Origin: Micrococcus luteus NCTC 2665
Lineage (GTDB): Bacteria; Actinomycetota; Actinomycetes; Actinomycetales; Micrococcaceae
Direction: 5' to 3'
Assembly (NCBI RefSeq): GCF_000023205.1
Contig: NC_012803.1
Coordinates: forward strand, 60,001-92,000
DNA length: 32,000 bases
In this document: positions 10,220 to 17,182 of the stretch, piece by piece
How positions within the stretch are numbered: position 1 is the stretch's first letter
Layout of the letters: each line of letters opens with the position of its first letter
Program-made: the position numbers and the translations under genes
The notes under the pieces: model-generated
Seen by the model: the letters and a program-made list of their open reading frames with translations, nothing else
Told to the model about the DNA's origin: nothing
The model's database searches: none

Positions 10220-10747
10220 ATGACCAGCCCCGAGGCCCCTCGCAACAACCCTCCGGAACAGGACGCTAGTGAGCTCTCGTTCACCAATGACCCCCGCTGG
10301 AAACAGACGATCGCGCGGTTCTCTGACTACGCCAGCGCGCAGGCAGCGGTTGACCGTCTTTCCGACGCCGGCTTCCCCGTGGAACGAGTGGCGATCGTGG
10401 GGCTCGACGTTCGTGTTGTCGAGCACGTACTCGGTCGCTTGACAGGAGGAAAGGCTGCGCTACGGGGCGCAGCCACTGGAGCGTGGTTCGGTGTTCTGCT
10501 AGGCCTGCTGTTCGGGCTGTTCGCCCCCGGATTCGGTTGGCTGGCCATCATGATCATCTCGGTCGTCTCTGGCGCAGTTTGGGGCGCTTTGCTTTCCTTC
10601 CTTGGACACCTGGCTACGGGCGGCCGACGGGACTTCGACTCACTGCAGACCCTTGAGGCGGGCCACTACGAGGTCCAAGTGGAAGCACCATACGCTGCGG
10701 AGGCCGCTCGTCTCCTCGCGGACCAGACCGCCCACCCCGGAGACTGA
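10220..10747 (+). CDS. General stress protein 17M (YflT)-like domain membrane protein
   Basis: 175-aa ORF with an AAAGGAG SD 7 nt upstream. The N-terminal domain (IARFSDYASAQAAVDRLSDAGFPVERVAIVG) is followed by Gly-rich TM helices (GAWFGVLLGLLFGLF..., ISVVSGAVWGALLSFLG). Confidence 0.72.
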   Translation: MTSPEAPRNNPPEQDASELSFTNDPRWKQTIARFSDYASAQAAVDRLSDAGFPVERVAIVGLDVRVVEHVLGRLTGGKAALRGAATGAWFGVLLGLLFGLFAPGFGWLAIMIISVVSGAVWGALLSFLGHLATGGRRDFDSLQTLEAGHYEVQVEAPYAAEAARLLADQTAHPGD

Positions 10748-10754
10748 AAAGGCG

Positions 10755-10793
10755 TGAAGCGCCCTGAGTCTGGTGGAGACTCAGGGCGCTTCA
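10755..10793 (+). terminator. Strong hairpin (17-bp perfect stem, 5-nt loop) directly after the stress-protein stop codon
   Basis: TGAAGCGCCCTGAGTCT-GGTGG-AGACTCAGGGCGCTTCA, read directly. No long T-tract follows, which is common in high-GC actinobacteria. Confidence 0.7.
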
Positions 10794-10911
10794 GTCACGG
10801 TAGCCTCGGAGCAGCGCTGGTCGTGGTTGTAGAAGCCGCGTGACCTGCGCAAAGACAGAGTTCTCAGGTGCGGGCAGGGGTTCTCGAACTCCCCACGAAA
10901 GTCCACCGAAG

Positions 10912-10945
10912 AAGGGCCCGGGAGTCGTGAGACTCCCGGGCCCTT
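10912..10945. terminator. Second GC-rich hairpin (15-bp stem, GTGA loop) flanked by T-rich runs on both strands
   Basis: AAGGGCCCGGGAGTC-GTGA-GACTCCCGGGCCCTT followed by TCG on the + strand. On the minus strand it is followed by CTTCGG. It lies in the junction between the two compositional blocks. Confidence 0.5.
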
Positions 10946-10998
10946 TCGTATGCCCAAGGTGGGTCCGTCCGCGCCCACCGCGCCCGTCGCCGTCGTGC

Positions 10999-11805
10999 GT
11001 GGTGTTGGATGGTCCGGTGAACACCACCATCCACGCCCCGTCCCCCGACCGACCCGCCTCTGGGCAGGGCACTCCGGCCTACGCCCGGGTGCCCGCGAGC
11101 TACTACGACATCTTCGTGGGCGTCTTCATCGCCCTCCTCATCCTCTCCGGCGTCACCGCGGCCAAGCTCTTCTACGGCCCCACCGTCCCGGTCATCTCGG
11201 ACCTCTTCTACGACGGCGGCCCCCTCATCTTCGACGGCGGCGCCTTCCTGTTCCCGTTCGCGTACATCGTCGGCGACATCCTCGCCGAGGTGTACGGCTG
11301 GCGCCGGGCCCGCCGCGCCATCGTCCTCGGCTTCGCGATGCTCGTGCTCGCCGCCCTCACCTACACGGTGGTCTCCTGGACCACGCCCGTCGAGGGCTTC
11401 GAGGTCTGGGACCGGGCCCTCGCCCCGATGCCGCGGATCACCGTGGCCGGCGTCGTCGCGTTCCTCGTGGGCTCCCTGCTCAACGCGTCCATCGTGGTCC
11501 GCCTCAAGGAGCGCATGAAGGAACGGCACGTGGCCTTCCGGCTCATCCTCTCCACCGTGGTCGGCCAGTTCTTCGACACCCTGATCTTCTGCACCATCGC
11601 CTACGCCGGCACCATCTCGCTGCTGGAACTGGCGAACTACACGGTGACCGGCTTCGCGTACAAGACGCTCGTGGAGATCCTCCTCGTGCCGGTGACCCTG
11701 CTCGTCATCCGCGCCCTCAAGCGCCGGGAGCCCACCTACCGGGCCCCTGGTTTCGAGATCCACCGCGACGACGATCCCGCCCTCACCCCGGCCGCGTCCC
11801 GCTGA
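10999..11805 (+). CDS. yhhQ: Queuosine-precursor transporter family protein (YhhQ/DUF165, VUT family)
   Basis: Family motifs FLFPFAYIVGDILAEVYG and STVVGQFFDTLIF, with 6 or more TM helices. The start is uncertain: GTG 10999/11002, TTG 11005, GTG 11017 or GTG 11089 are all in frame and none has a clear SD. The ORF-track start at 10840 crosses the junction hairpin and is unlikely. Confidence 0.78.
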   Translation: MVLDGPVNTTIHAPSPDRPASGQGTPAYARVPASYYDIFVGVFIALLILSGVTAAKLFYGPTVPVISDLFYDGGPLIFDGGAFLFPFAYIVGDILAEVYGWRRARRAIVLGFAMLVLAALTYTVVSWTTPVEGFEVWDRALAPMPRITVAGVVAFLVGSLLNASIVVRLKERMKERHVAFRLILSTVVGQFFDTLIFCTIAYAGTISLLELANYTVTGFAYKTLVEILLVPVTLLVIRALKRREPTYRAPGFEIHRDDDPALTPAASR

Positions 11806-11812
11806 CCCGCGC

Positions 11813-11841
11813 GGGCCCCGGCGTCGGCCGCGCCGGGGCCC
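11813..11841 (+). terminator. GC hairpin GGGCCCCGGCG-TCGGCCG-CGCCGGGGCCC after yhhQ
   Basis: 11-bp perfect stem and 7-nt loop, 8 nt after the stop codon. Confidence 0.5.
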
Positions 11842-11882
11842 GTCCGTCGCGCGCACCCCGCCCAGCGACTACCGTCGGTGCC

Positions 11883-12110
11883 ATGGGCAAGGACCTCTTC
11901 GAGCACGAGCAGCAACAGACCCTCAGCCGCGAGCAGGCCGCCGCACGCCTGCGCGACCTCGCCGACCAGCTCTCCCGGCAGAACGAGGTGCGGATCGAGC
12001 ACGGCGGCCGCGACGTCGTCGTCACCGTCCCGGACCGCGTGGGCCTCGAGGTGGAGCTCGAAGTCGAGGACGACGGCGACGCCGAGCTGGAGATCACCCT
12101 CAGCTGGTGA
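11883..12110 (+). CDS. Amphi-Trp domain-containing small protein
   Basis: 75-aa ORF from ATG 11883. The pattern LFEHEQQQTLSREQAAARLRDLADQL...VGLEVELEVEDDGDAELEITLSW, ending in a terminal Trp, matches the amphi-Trp family as I recall it. Confidence 0.72.
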   Translation: MGKDLFEHEQQQTLSREQAAARLRDLADQLSRQNEVRIEHGGRDVVVTVPDRVGLEVELEVEDDGDAELEITLSW

Positions 12111-12111
12111 C

Positions 12112-12138
12112 CGGCCCCGGGTCGGCCGCCCGGGGCCG
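12112..12138. terminator. GC hairpin CGGCCCCGGG-TCGGCCG-CCCGGGGCCG between convergent genes
   Basis: 10-bp perfect stem and 7-nt loop, between the amphi-Trp stop (12110) and the MBL stop (12151). Confidence 0.55.
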
Positions 12139-12150
12139 CCTCCCCGCGCC

Positions 12151-12798
12151 TCAGAACGTCCAGGCTTCCCCGGGGGCCAGACGCCGGTAGTCGGTCACGC
12201 CCTCGGCGAGCCCCGAGAGCACCCCGTCCACCACGCCCTTGCCGTCCTCGCTGAGGATGCCGTCGTGGATGGGGCGGGTGTGCGTCGCCGCGATGGCCCG
12301 CATCTGGTCCACCACGTCCGCGATGCGCAGCCACGGCGCGGCGGCGGGCAGCAGGAGCACCTCGACGTCGGCGTCCGGCACCGTGAACGAGTCGCCGGGG
12401 TGCAGCACGGCCCCGTCCACGAGGTAGGACACGTTCACCGGGCGCGGCACCTCGGCGTGGATCATCGCGTGCTCCCCGCCGAGCACCTCCACCCGGAAAC
12501 CGGCGGCCTCGAACGTCTCCCCGGGGACGGCCGTGTGCACGCGCCCGGCGTCGAGCCCCGCCTCCGCCAGCGGCCCCGTGAGGTCCCGTGGCGCCCACAC
12601 GTGCGCCTCCGTGCCGGCCAGCGCCCGGGCCAGCTGCTCGGGGACCACGTGGTCCGGGTGGCCGTGCGTCACGAGGACGGCGTCCGCGCCGTCCAGGACC
12701 GCCGCGTCGCTGAACGCGCCGGGGTCGAACGCGAGGCGCCGACCGGCCTTCTCGAGGCGGACGGCCGAGTGGCCGAAGAGGGTCAGGGTCGTGCTCAT
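12151..12798 (-). CDS. MBL-fold metallo-hydrolase
   Basis: 215-aa ORF from ATG (complement of 12796..12798), with GGAGGAG upstream. It carries the THGHPDH metal-binding motif and later His/Asp ligands (GGEHAMIH, HPGD). The longer ORF-track versions are GC-rich extensions. Confidence 0.85.
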   Translation of the reverse strand: MSTTLTLFGHSAVRLEKAGRRLAFDPGAFSDAAVLDGADAVLVTHGHPDHVVPEQLARALAGTEAHVWAPRDLTGPLAEAGLDAGRVHTAVPGETFEAAGFRVEVLGGEHAMIHAEVPRPVNVSYLVDGAVLHPGDSFTVPDADVEVLLLPAAAPWLRIADVVDQMRAIAATHTRPIHDGILSEDGKGVVDGVLSGLAEGVTDYRRLAPGEAWTF

Positions 12799-12871
12799 GC
12801 GGATCACTCCTCCGCCCGGCGTCGGGATCCCGGGCGGTCCCAGCCTCCCGCGCGCTCCCGGCGGCGGACAA

Positions 12872-12909
12872 GGCCCGCGCCCCTCGGTCCTGCCGAGGAT
12901 GCGCGGGCC
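12872..12909 (-). terminator. Imperfect GC hairpin downstream of the 411-aa gene
   Basis: GGCCCGCGC..CCTCGG-TCCTG-CCGAGG..GCGCGGGCC, about 40 nt after the stop at 12950 on the minus strand. Confidence 0.4.
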
Positions 12910-12949
12910 GGTCGCCGTCCGCTGCGCGCTCAGAGCGCGGGGGAGCGGG

Positions 12950-14185
12950 TCAGCGCTGCTGCCCGGGCTGGACGCCCAGCACCTTCGCGTTGGCGGCGGC
13001 CACCGGGTCCGGCGTGGCGGTGTCCACCCGCACGCCCTGGCCCGCCGCGGCCGAGCCGGCCTCGGCCACGACCTTCTGCTGCTGGGCATAGGGGTTGTTG
13101 GCCTCCACCACCGGGATGTTCGCGGTGATCGGGCCCGGGACCGGGGCGGTCCACGGATCCTGCACCGGCTTGGTCAGGCGCCACAGGGCGAAGCCGGCGC
13201 CGGCGGCGGCGGCCGCCATGCCCGCGACGATCCAGGCGCGGCCGCCCGAGCGGGAGGCCCGGCGACCGGCGGCACGGTTCAGGTCCTTCTCGGCCGCGCC
13301 GGCGTACTGCTCGGCACCCTTGCGCAGGCGCTTCACGATCGCCTTGTCCCCGGTGAGCTTGATCAGGGCCTGCTCCAGGGCGTCCGGGACCTCGACGTCG
13401 TGGGCGGTCTTGCGGGCGTGCGCGGCGCCGTCGGCCAGGCGGGCGGCGGCCACGGGGAGGACCTCCTCCTTGCGGCGCTGGGCGTAGTCGCCGGCGTCGG
13501 CCAGGCGGGCCTGCACCTGCGGGGCTACCTGCCCGCCCTGCTCCTGCAGCGCGGACAGACCCGTGGCGAGGAGACCGGCGAGGGTCAGGCCGCCCGCCGC
13601 GGCGGCGTCCTTGGCCTGACCGGCACGGTCGCTGAACAGGGCGGCGGACCGCTGCGCGTCCTTACGGGCGCCCTTGGCGGCCTTCTTCGCGTCCTTGCGC
13701 AGGCCCTTGGCGGCCTGGCGGCCGTCCCGGCGCAGCTGCTTGGCCTTGCGGCCCCCACGACGGCGGCCCTTCTTCGCGGCCTTCTCAGCGTCCTTGCGCG
13801 CCGCGGCGAACTGCTGCTGCACCTCGTGGCCGGCGTCCTGCGCCTGGGCCTGCAGGTGCTCGAGGAAGTCCTGGACGGTGTCCACGCCCTTGGCGACGGC
13901 GGGGGCCAGCAGCCCGTACTGGTGCGCGACGGCCTCGCCGGCCTTCCGCGCCCCGCGCTCGACCACGGGGCCGTACTCCTTCTTGGCGTCCTGGGCTTTG
14001 CGGCGGCCCTCCTCGGCCGCGGCGGAGCCGCCGATCAGCCCGTAGGCCGCGGCCACCTCGCTCCAGGCGCGGGTGGACTCCACCTTCGGGGCGGCCCAGT
14101 GGCGCAGGTTCTCCGCCTGGCGTGCGACGAACGCGTTCGCGCCGCCGTCGTGCTGGATCTCGTCGTGCAGGGTCTTGCGAGCCAT
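12950..14185 (-). CDS. Hypothetical membrane-anchored Ala/Lys-rich helical-repeat protein
   Basis: 411-aa ORF from ATG (complement of 14183..14185), with GGGAGG upstream. Third codon positions are almost uniformly G/C. It has a highly basic block (KKGRRRGGRKAKQLRRDGRQAAKGLRKDAKKAAKGARKD), one predicted TM helix (AWIVAGMAAAAAGAGFALW), and then a ~65-aa C-terminal tail. I did not recognise a family. Confidence 0.7.
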   Translation of the reverse strand: MARKTLHDEIQHDGGANAFVARQAENLRHWAAPKVESTRAWSEVAAAYGLIGGSAAAEEGRRKAQDAKKEYGPVVERGARKAGEAVAHQYGLLAPAVAKGVDTVQDFLEHLQAQAQDAGHEVQQQFAAARKDAEKAAKKGRRRGGRKAKQLRRDGRQAAKGLRKDAKKAAKGARKDAQRSAALFSDRAGQAKDAAAAGGLTLAGLLATGLSALQEQGGQVAPQVQARLADAGDYAQRRKEEVLPVAAARLADGAAHARKTAHDVEVPDALEQALIKLTGDKAIVKRLRKGAEQYAGAAEKDLNRAAGRRASRSGGRAWIVAGMAAAAAGAGFALWRLTKPVQDPWTAPVPGPITANIPVVEANNPYAQQQKVVAEAGSAAAGQGVRVDTATPDPVAAANAKVLGVQPGQQR

Positions 14186-14370
14186 GTGATGCCTCCCGTG
14201 AGTTCTGGATGGTCGTTGAACGCGGTGGTCCTCGAGGCCCAGCCTAGTGGCCGACCCCCGCCGTGGCACGGGTCCCGGCACGCCGGGAGTGCGTACGCCG
14301 ATCGCGGAAGACCCGCCCCCGGACGGCGGGATCCGGACGGCCCGCCGCCGCGGATGGAACAATGGGGCGC

Positions 14371-14901
<531 letters not shown>

Positions 14902-14912
14902 GCAGCCCCTCG

Positions 14913-15854
14913 GTGAGCACCACCCCCTCTGACCCGCACGGCCCGGACTCCGCGGACGGCACACCCCCGGTGTGCCCGCGGCATCCGGGCCGTGCCGCGT
15001 ATGTGCGCTGCGCCGTCTGCCGGCGCCCCGCGTGCCTCGACTGCCAGCGTCCCGGCTCCGCGGCCGGACCGGTCTGCGTGGACTGTGCGTCCGGCGTCGT
15101 GGCCGGCCCTGCTCCGACGGTGGCCCCCGCCGGCGCCGCCGCGTCGGTCCCGGTCCGACGGCGGACGGGCTTCGCCGCCTCGCCCGTCACCTGGATCCTG
15201 CTGGCGGTCACGGCGGTGGTCTACGCGGCGCAGTGGATGACCCGGGACCAGGCGTCCGGCGTGACCGAGGCGCTCTGGTACGCCGGGCTCTACACGTCCC
15301 CGTACGGCATGGAGCCGTGGCGGATGGCCTCCTACGCGCTCGTGCACGACGTCTCCGGTCCCACGCACCTGCTGCTGAACATGCTCGCGCTGTGGGTGAT
15401 CGGGCGCGTGCTCGAGCCCGCGCTGGGCTGGTGGCGGTTCCTCGCCCTCTACGTGCTCTCCGCCGTGGGCGGTGCGGTGTTCGCGCTGTGGGTCTCGGAC
15501 CCGCTGCAGCCCGTCGTCGGGGCGTCCGGCGCCGTGTACGGCATGTTCGCGGCCCTGTTCCTGCTCACCCGGGTGCGGGGCGGGCAGGTGCGCTCGATCG
15601 CCGTGCTGATCGGCCTGAACCTCGTGTTCTCGTTCCTGCTGCCCGGGGTGGCCTGGCAGGTGCACGTGGGCGGGCTGCTGACGGGCGCCGTCGTCGCCGT
15701 CGTGTTCTCCCTGGCCGGCGGGCTGCGCCCCGGGCGGGCGCGTGTGCCGTCCGTGGGCGCCCAGGCGGCCGGCCTCGTGGTCGTGGCGGCGGCGCTGGCG
15801 GCACTCACGGTGCTCGGCGCCGCACGGGTCACGGTGGCCGGCCTGCTGGGCTAG
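14913..15854 (+). CDS. Rhomboid-family intramembrane serine protease with N-terminal Cys-rich zinc ribbon
   Basis: 313-aa ORF with a GTG start. The N-terminus reads CPRH...CAVC...CLDC...CVDC. The multi-TM core carries GASGAVYG (catalytic Ser) and a downstream His in WQVHVGG. Confidence 0.88.
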   Translation: MSTTPSDPHGPDSADGTPPVCPRHPGRAAYVRCAVCRRPACLDCQRPGSAAGPVCVDCASGVVAGPAPTVAPAGAAASVPVRRRTGFAASPVTWILLAVTAVVYAAQWMTRDQASGVTEALWYAGLYTSPYGMEPWRMASYALVHDVSGPTHLLLNMLALWVIGRVLEPALGWWRFLALYVLSAVGGAVFALWVSDPLQPVVGASGAVYGMFAALFLLTRVRGGQVRSIAVLIGLNLVFSFLLPGVAWQVHVGGLLTGAVVAVVFSLAGGLRPGRARVPSVGAQAAGLVVVAAALAALTVLGAARVTVAGLLG

Positions 15855-15879
15855 ACCGTCGTCCCCGACCGTCCCCGGA

Positions 15880-16011
15880 GTTCTCCACAGCCGGGTGTGC
15901 ACTTCTTCCCACAGGGGTGTCCACACCTGTGGACAACTCCGGGGACAACTCGTCTCCGGGCCGGATCGTGCGGATCCCTCATCCACAGGGTTGTCCACCG
16001 CTGTGGAGAAC
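15880..16011. promoter_or_regulatory. Cluster of DnaA-box-like 9-mers / two copies of a 29-bp palindromic unit in a convergent intergenic region
   Basis: Compared with TTGTCCACA: one perfect match (15928..15936, minus). One mismatch at 15881..15889 (+), 15917..15925 (+), 15991..15999 (+) and 16002..16010 (minus). Two mismatches at 15979..15987 (+) and 15940..15948 (minus). Units 15909..15937 and 15983..16011 are 25/29 identical. An 11-bp inverted repeat GTTCTCCACAG/CTGTGGAGAAC brackets the region. Confidence 0.5.
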
Positions 16012-16021
16012 TACACGCGTG

Positions 16022-16327
16022 TCATTCGCTCCAGCGGGACATCATCAGGAACCCGACGAGCGCGATGCCGAAGCCCACGAGGATGTTCCAGCCGCCGATC
16101 TGCACGATCGGGAGGAGGCCCTGGGTCAGGTAGTAGACGATGATCCAGACAAGGCCGAGGATCAGCAGGCCGAACATCACGGCCTTGTACACGGGGGAGA
16201 GGGGTTTCGGACCCGGGTCCACGTCCCCGAGCTCCGTCCGCACGGCGGAGCGGCTGCGGCGCGCGGCCTCGAGCTCCTCGCGCTTCCGACGGGCCGAGTC
16301 CTTGCGCTTGCCGGCGGGTGCTGCCAC
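16022..16327 (-). CDS. crgA: Cell division protein CrgA
   Basis: 101-aa ORF from GTG (complement of 16325..16327), with GAGGAG upstream. A basic N-terminus is followed by two TM helices and the ending ...GFLMMSRWSE, typical of CrgA. The position between rhomboid/ppiA and trpG/pknB is conserved. Confidence 0.85.
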   Translation of the reverse strand: MAAPAGKRKDSARRKREELEAARRSRSAVRTELGDVDPGPKPLSPVYKAVMFGLLILGLVWIIVYYLTQGLLPIVQIGGWNILVGFGIALVGFLMMSRWSE

Positions 16328-16483
16328 GGGTCTTCTCCTCGGGTGGGGGGTGGTGGGCGCCCCCACCGGCGGGGACCGGGGCGGGGACGGTATCCTGCTG
16401 ACCTGCCCAGGACCGGGGTCAGCGACATGCCCGGCCAGTCTATGCACCCCGCTCCCACGCGGCGGGGAGGAAAGAGCGCCCCC

Positions 16484-17137
16484 GTGCAGAGCCCCGAGGT
16501 CTCCGTCCTCGTCGTCGACAACTACGACAGCTTCGTCTACACCCTGGTGGGCTACCTCGAGCAGCTCGGGGCCCGCACCACCGTGATCCGCAACGACGAG
16601 GTCACCCCCGCCCGCGCCCTCGAGCTCGCGGCCGAGCACACGGCGGTGCTCATCTCACCCGGGCCGGGCGCGCCCGCCGACGCCGGTGTCTCCCTCGACC
16701 TCATCCGCTCCGCCGCCGACGGCGGCCGCCCGCTCTTCGGGGTGTGCCTGGGGCACCAGGCCATCGCGGAGGCGTTCGGCGCCACCGTGACGCACGCGGA
16801 GTCCCTCATGCACGGCAAGACGTCCCTGGTCCGCCACGGCGAGCACCCCATGTTCGAGGGCGTCCTCTCGCCGTTCACCGCCACCCGCTACCACTCGCTG
16901 GCCGCCGTGCGGGCCACCGTGGACGAGGCGGTCCTGGAGATCACCGCCGAGACCGAGGACGGCGTCGTGATGGGACTGGCCCACCGCACCGCGCCCCTGT
17001 GGGGCGTGCAGTTCCACCCCGAGTCCGTGCTCACCGAGGGCGGCTACCGGATGCTCGGCAACTGGCTCGAGTCCGTGGGGCTCTCCGGGGCCGCCGAGCG
17101 CGGTGGCCGGCTCTCGCCCCTCGTCCGCCAGGACTGA
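16484..17137 (+). CDS. trpG: Glutamine amidotransferase, anthranilate/aminodeoxychorismate synthase component II
   Basis: Class-I GATase triad context: GVCLGHQ (Cys nucleophile) and VQFHPES. VLVVDNYDSFVYTL lies at the N-terminus. The start is taken at GTG 16484 after GGGGAGGAAAG; the in-frame ATGs at 16427 and 16442 are alternatives. Confidence 0.88.
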   Translation: MQSPEVSVLVVDNYDSFVYTLVGYLEQLGARTTVIRNDEVTPARALELAAEHTAVLISPGPGAPADAGVSLDLIRSAADGGRPLFGVCLGHQAIAEAFGATVTHAESLMHGKTSLVRHGEHPMFEGVLSPFTATRYHSLAAVRATVDEAVLEITAETEDGVVMGLAHRTAPLWGVQFHPESVLTEGGYRMLGNWLESVGLSGAAERGGRLSPLVRQD

Positions 17138-17182
17138 CCGGTCCCGGGGCCCGGTTCGCGGGTCGGACGGCGCCCCGGCCGC

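Noticed and set aside
10794-10998. preQ1 riboswitch upstream of the YhhQ-type transporter.
   Set aside because: The small hairpin plus A-rich tail (AAAAAACUA-like) of preQ1-I is absent, and I see nothing resembling class II or III. The only strong hairpin looks like a generic GC terminator.
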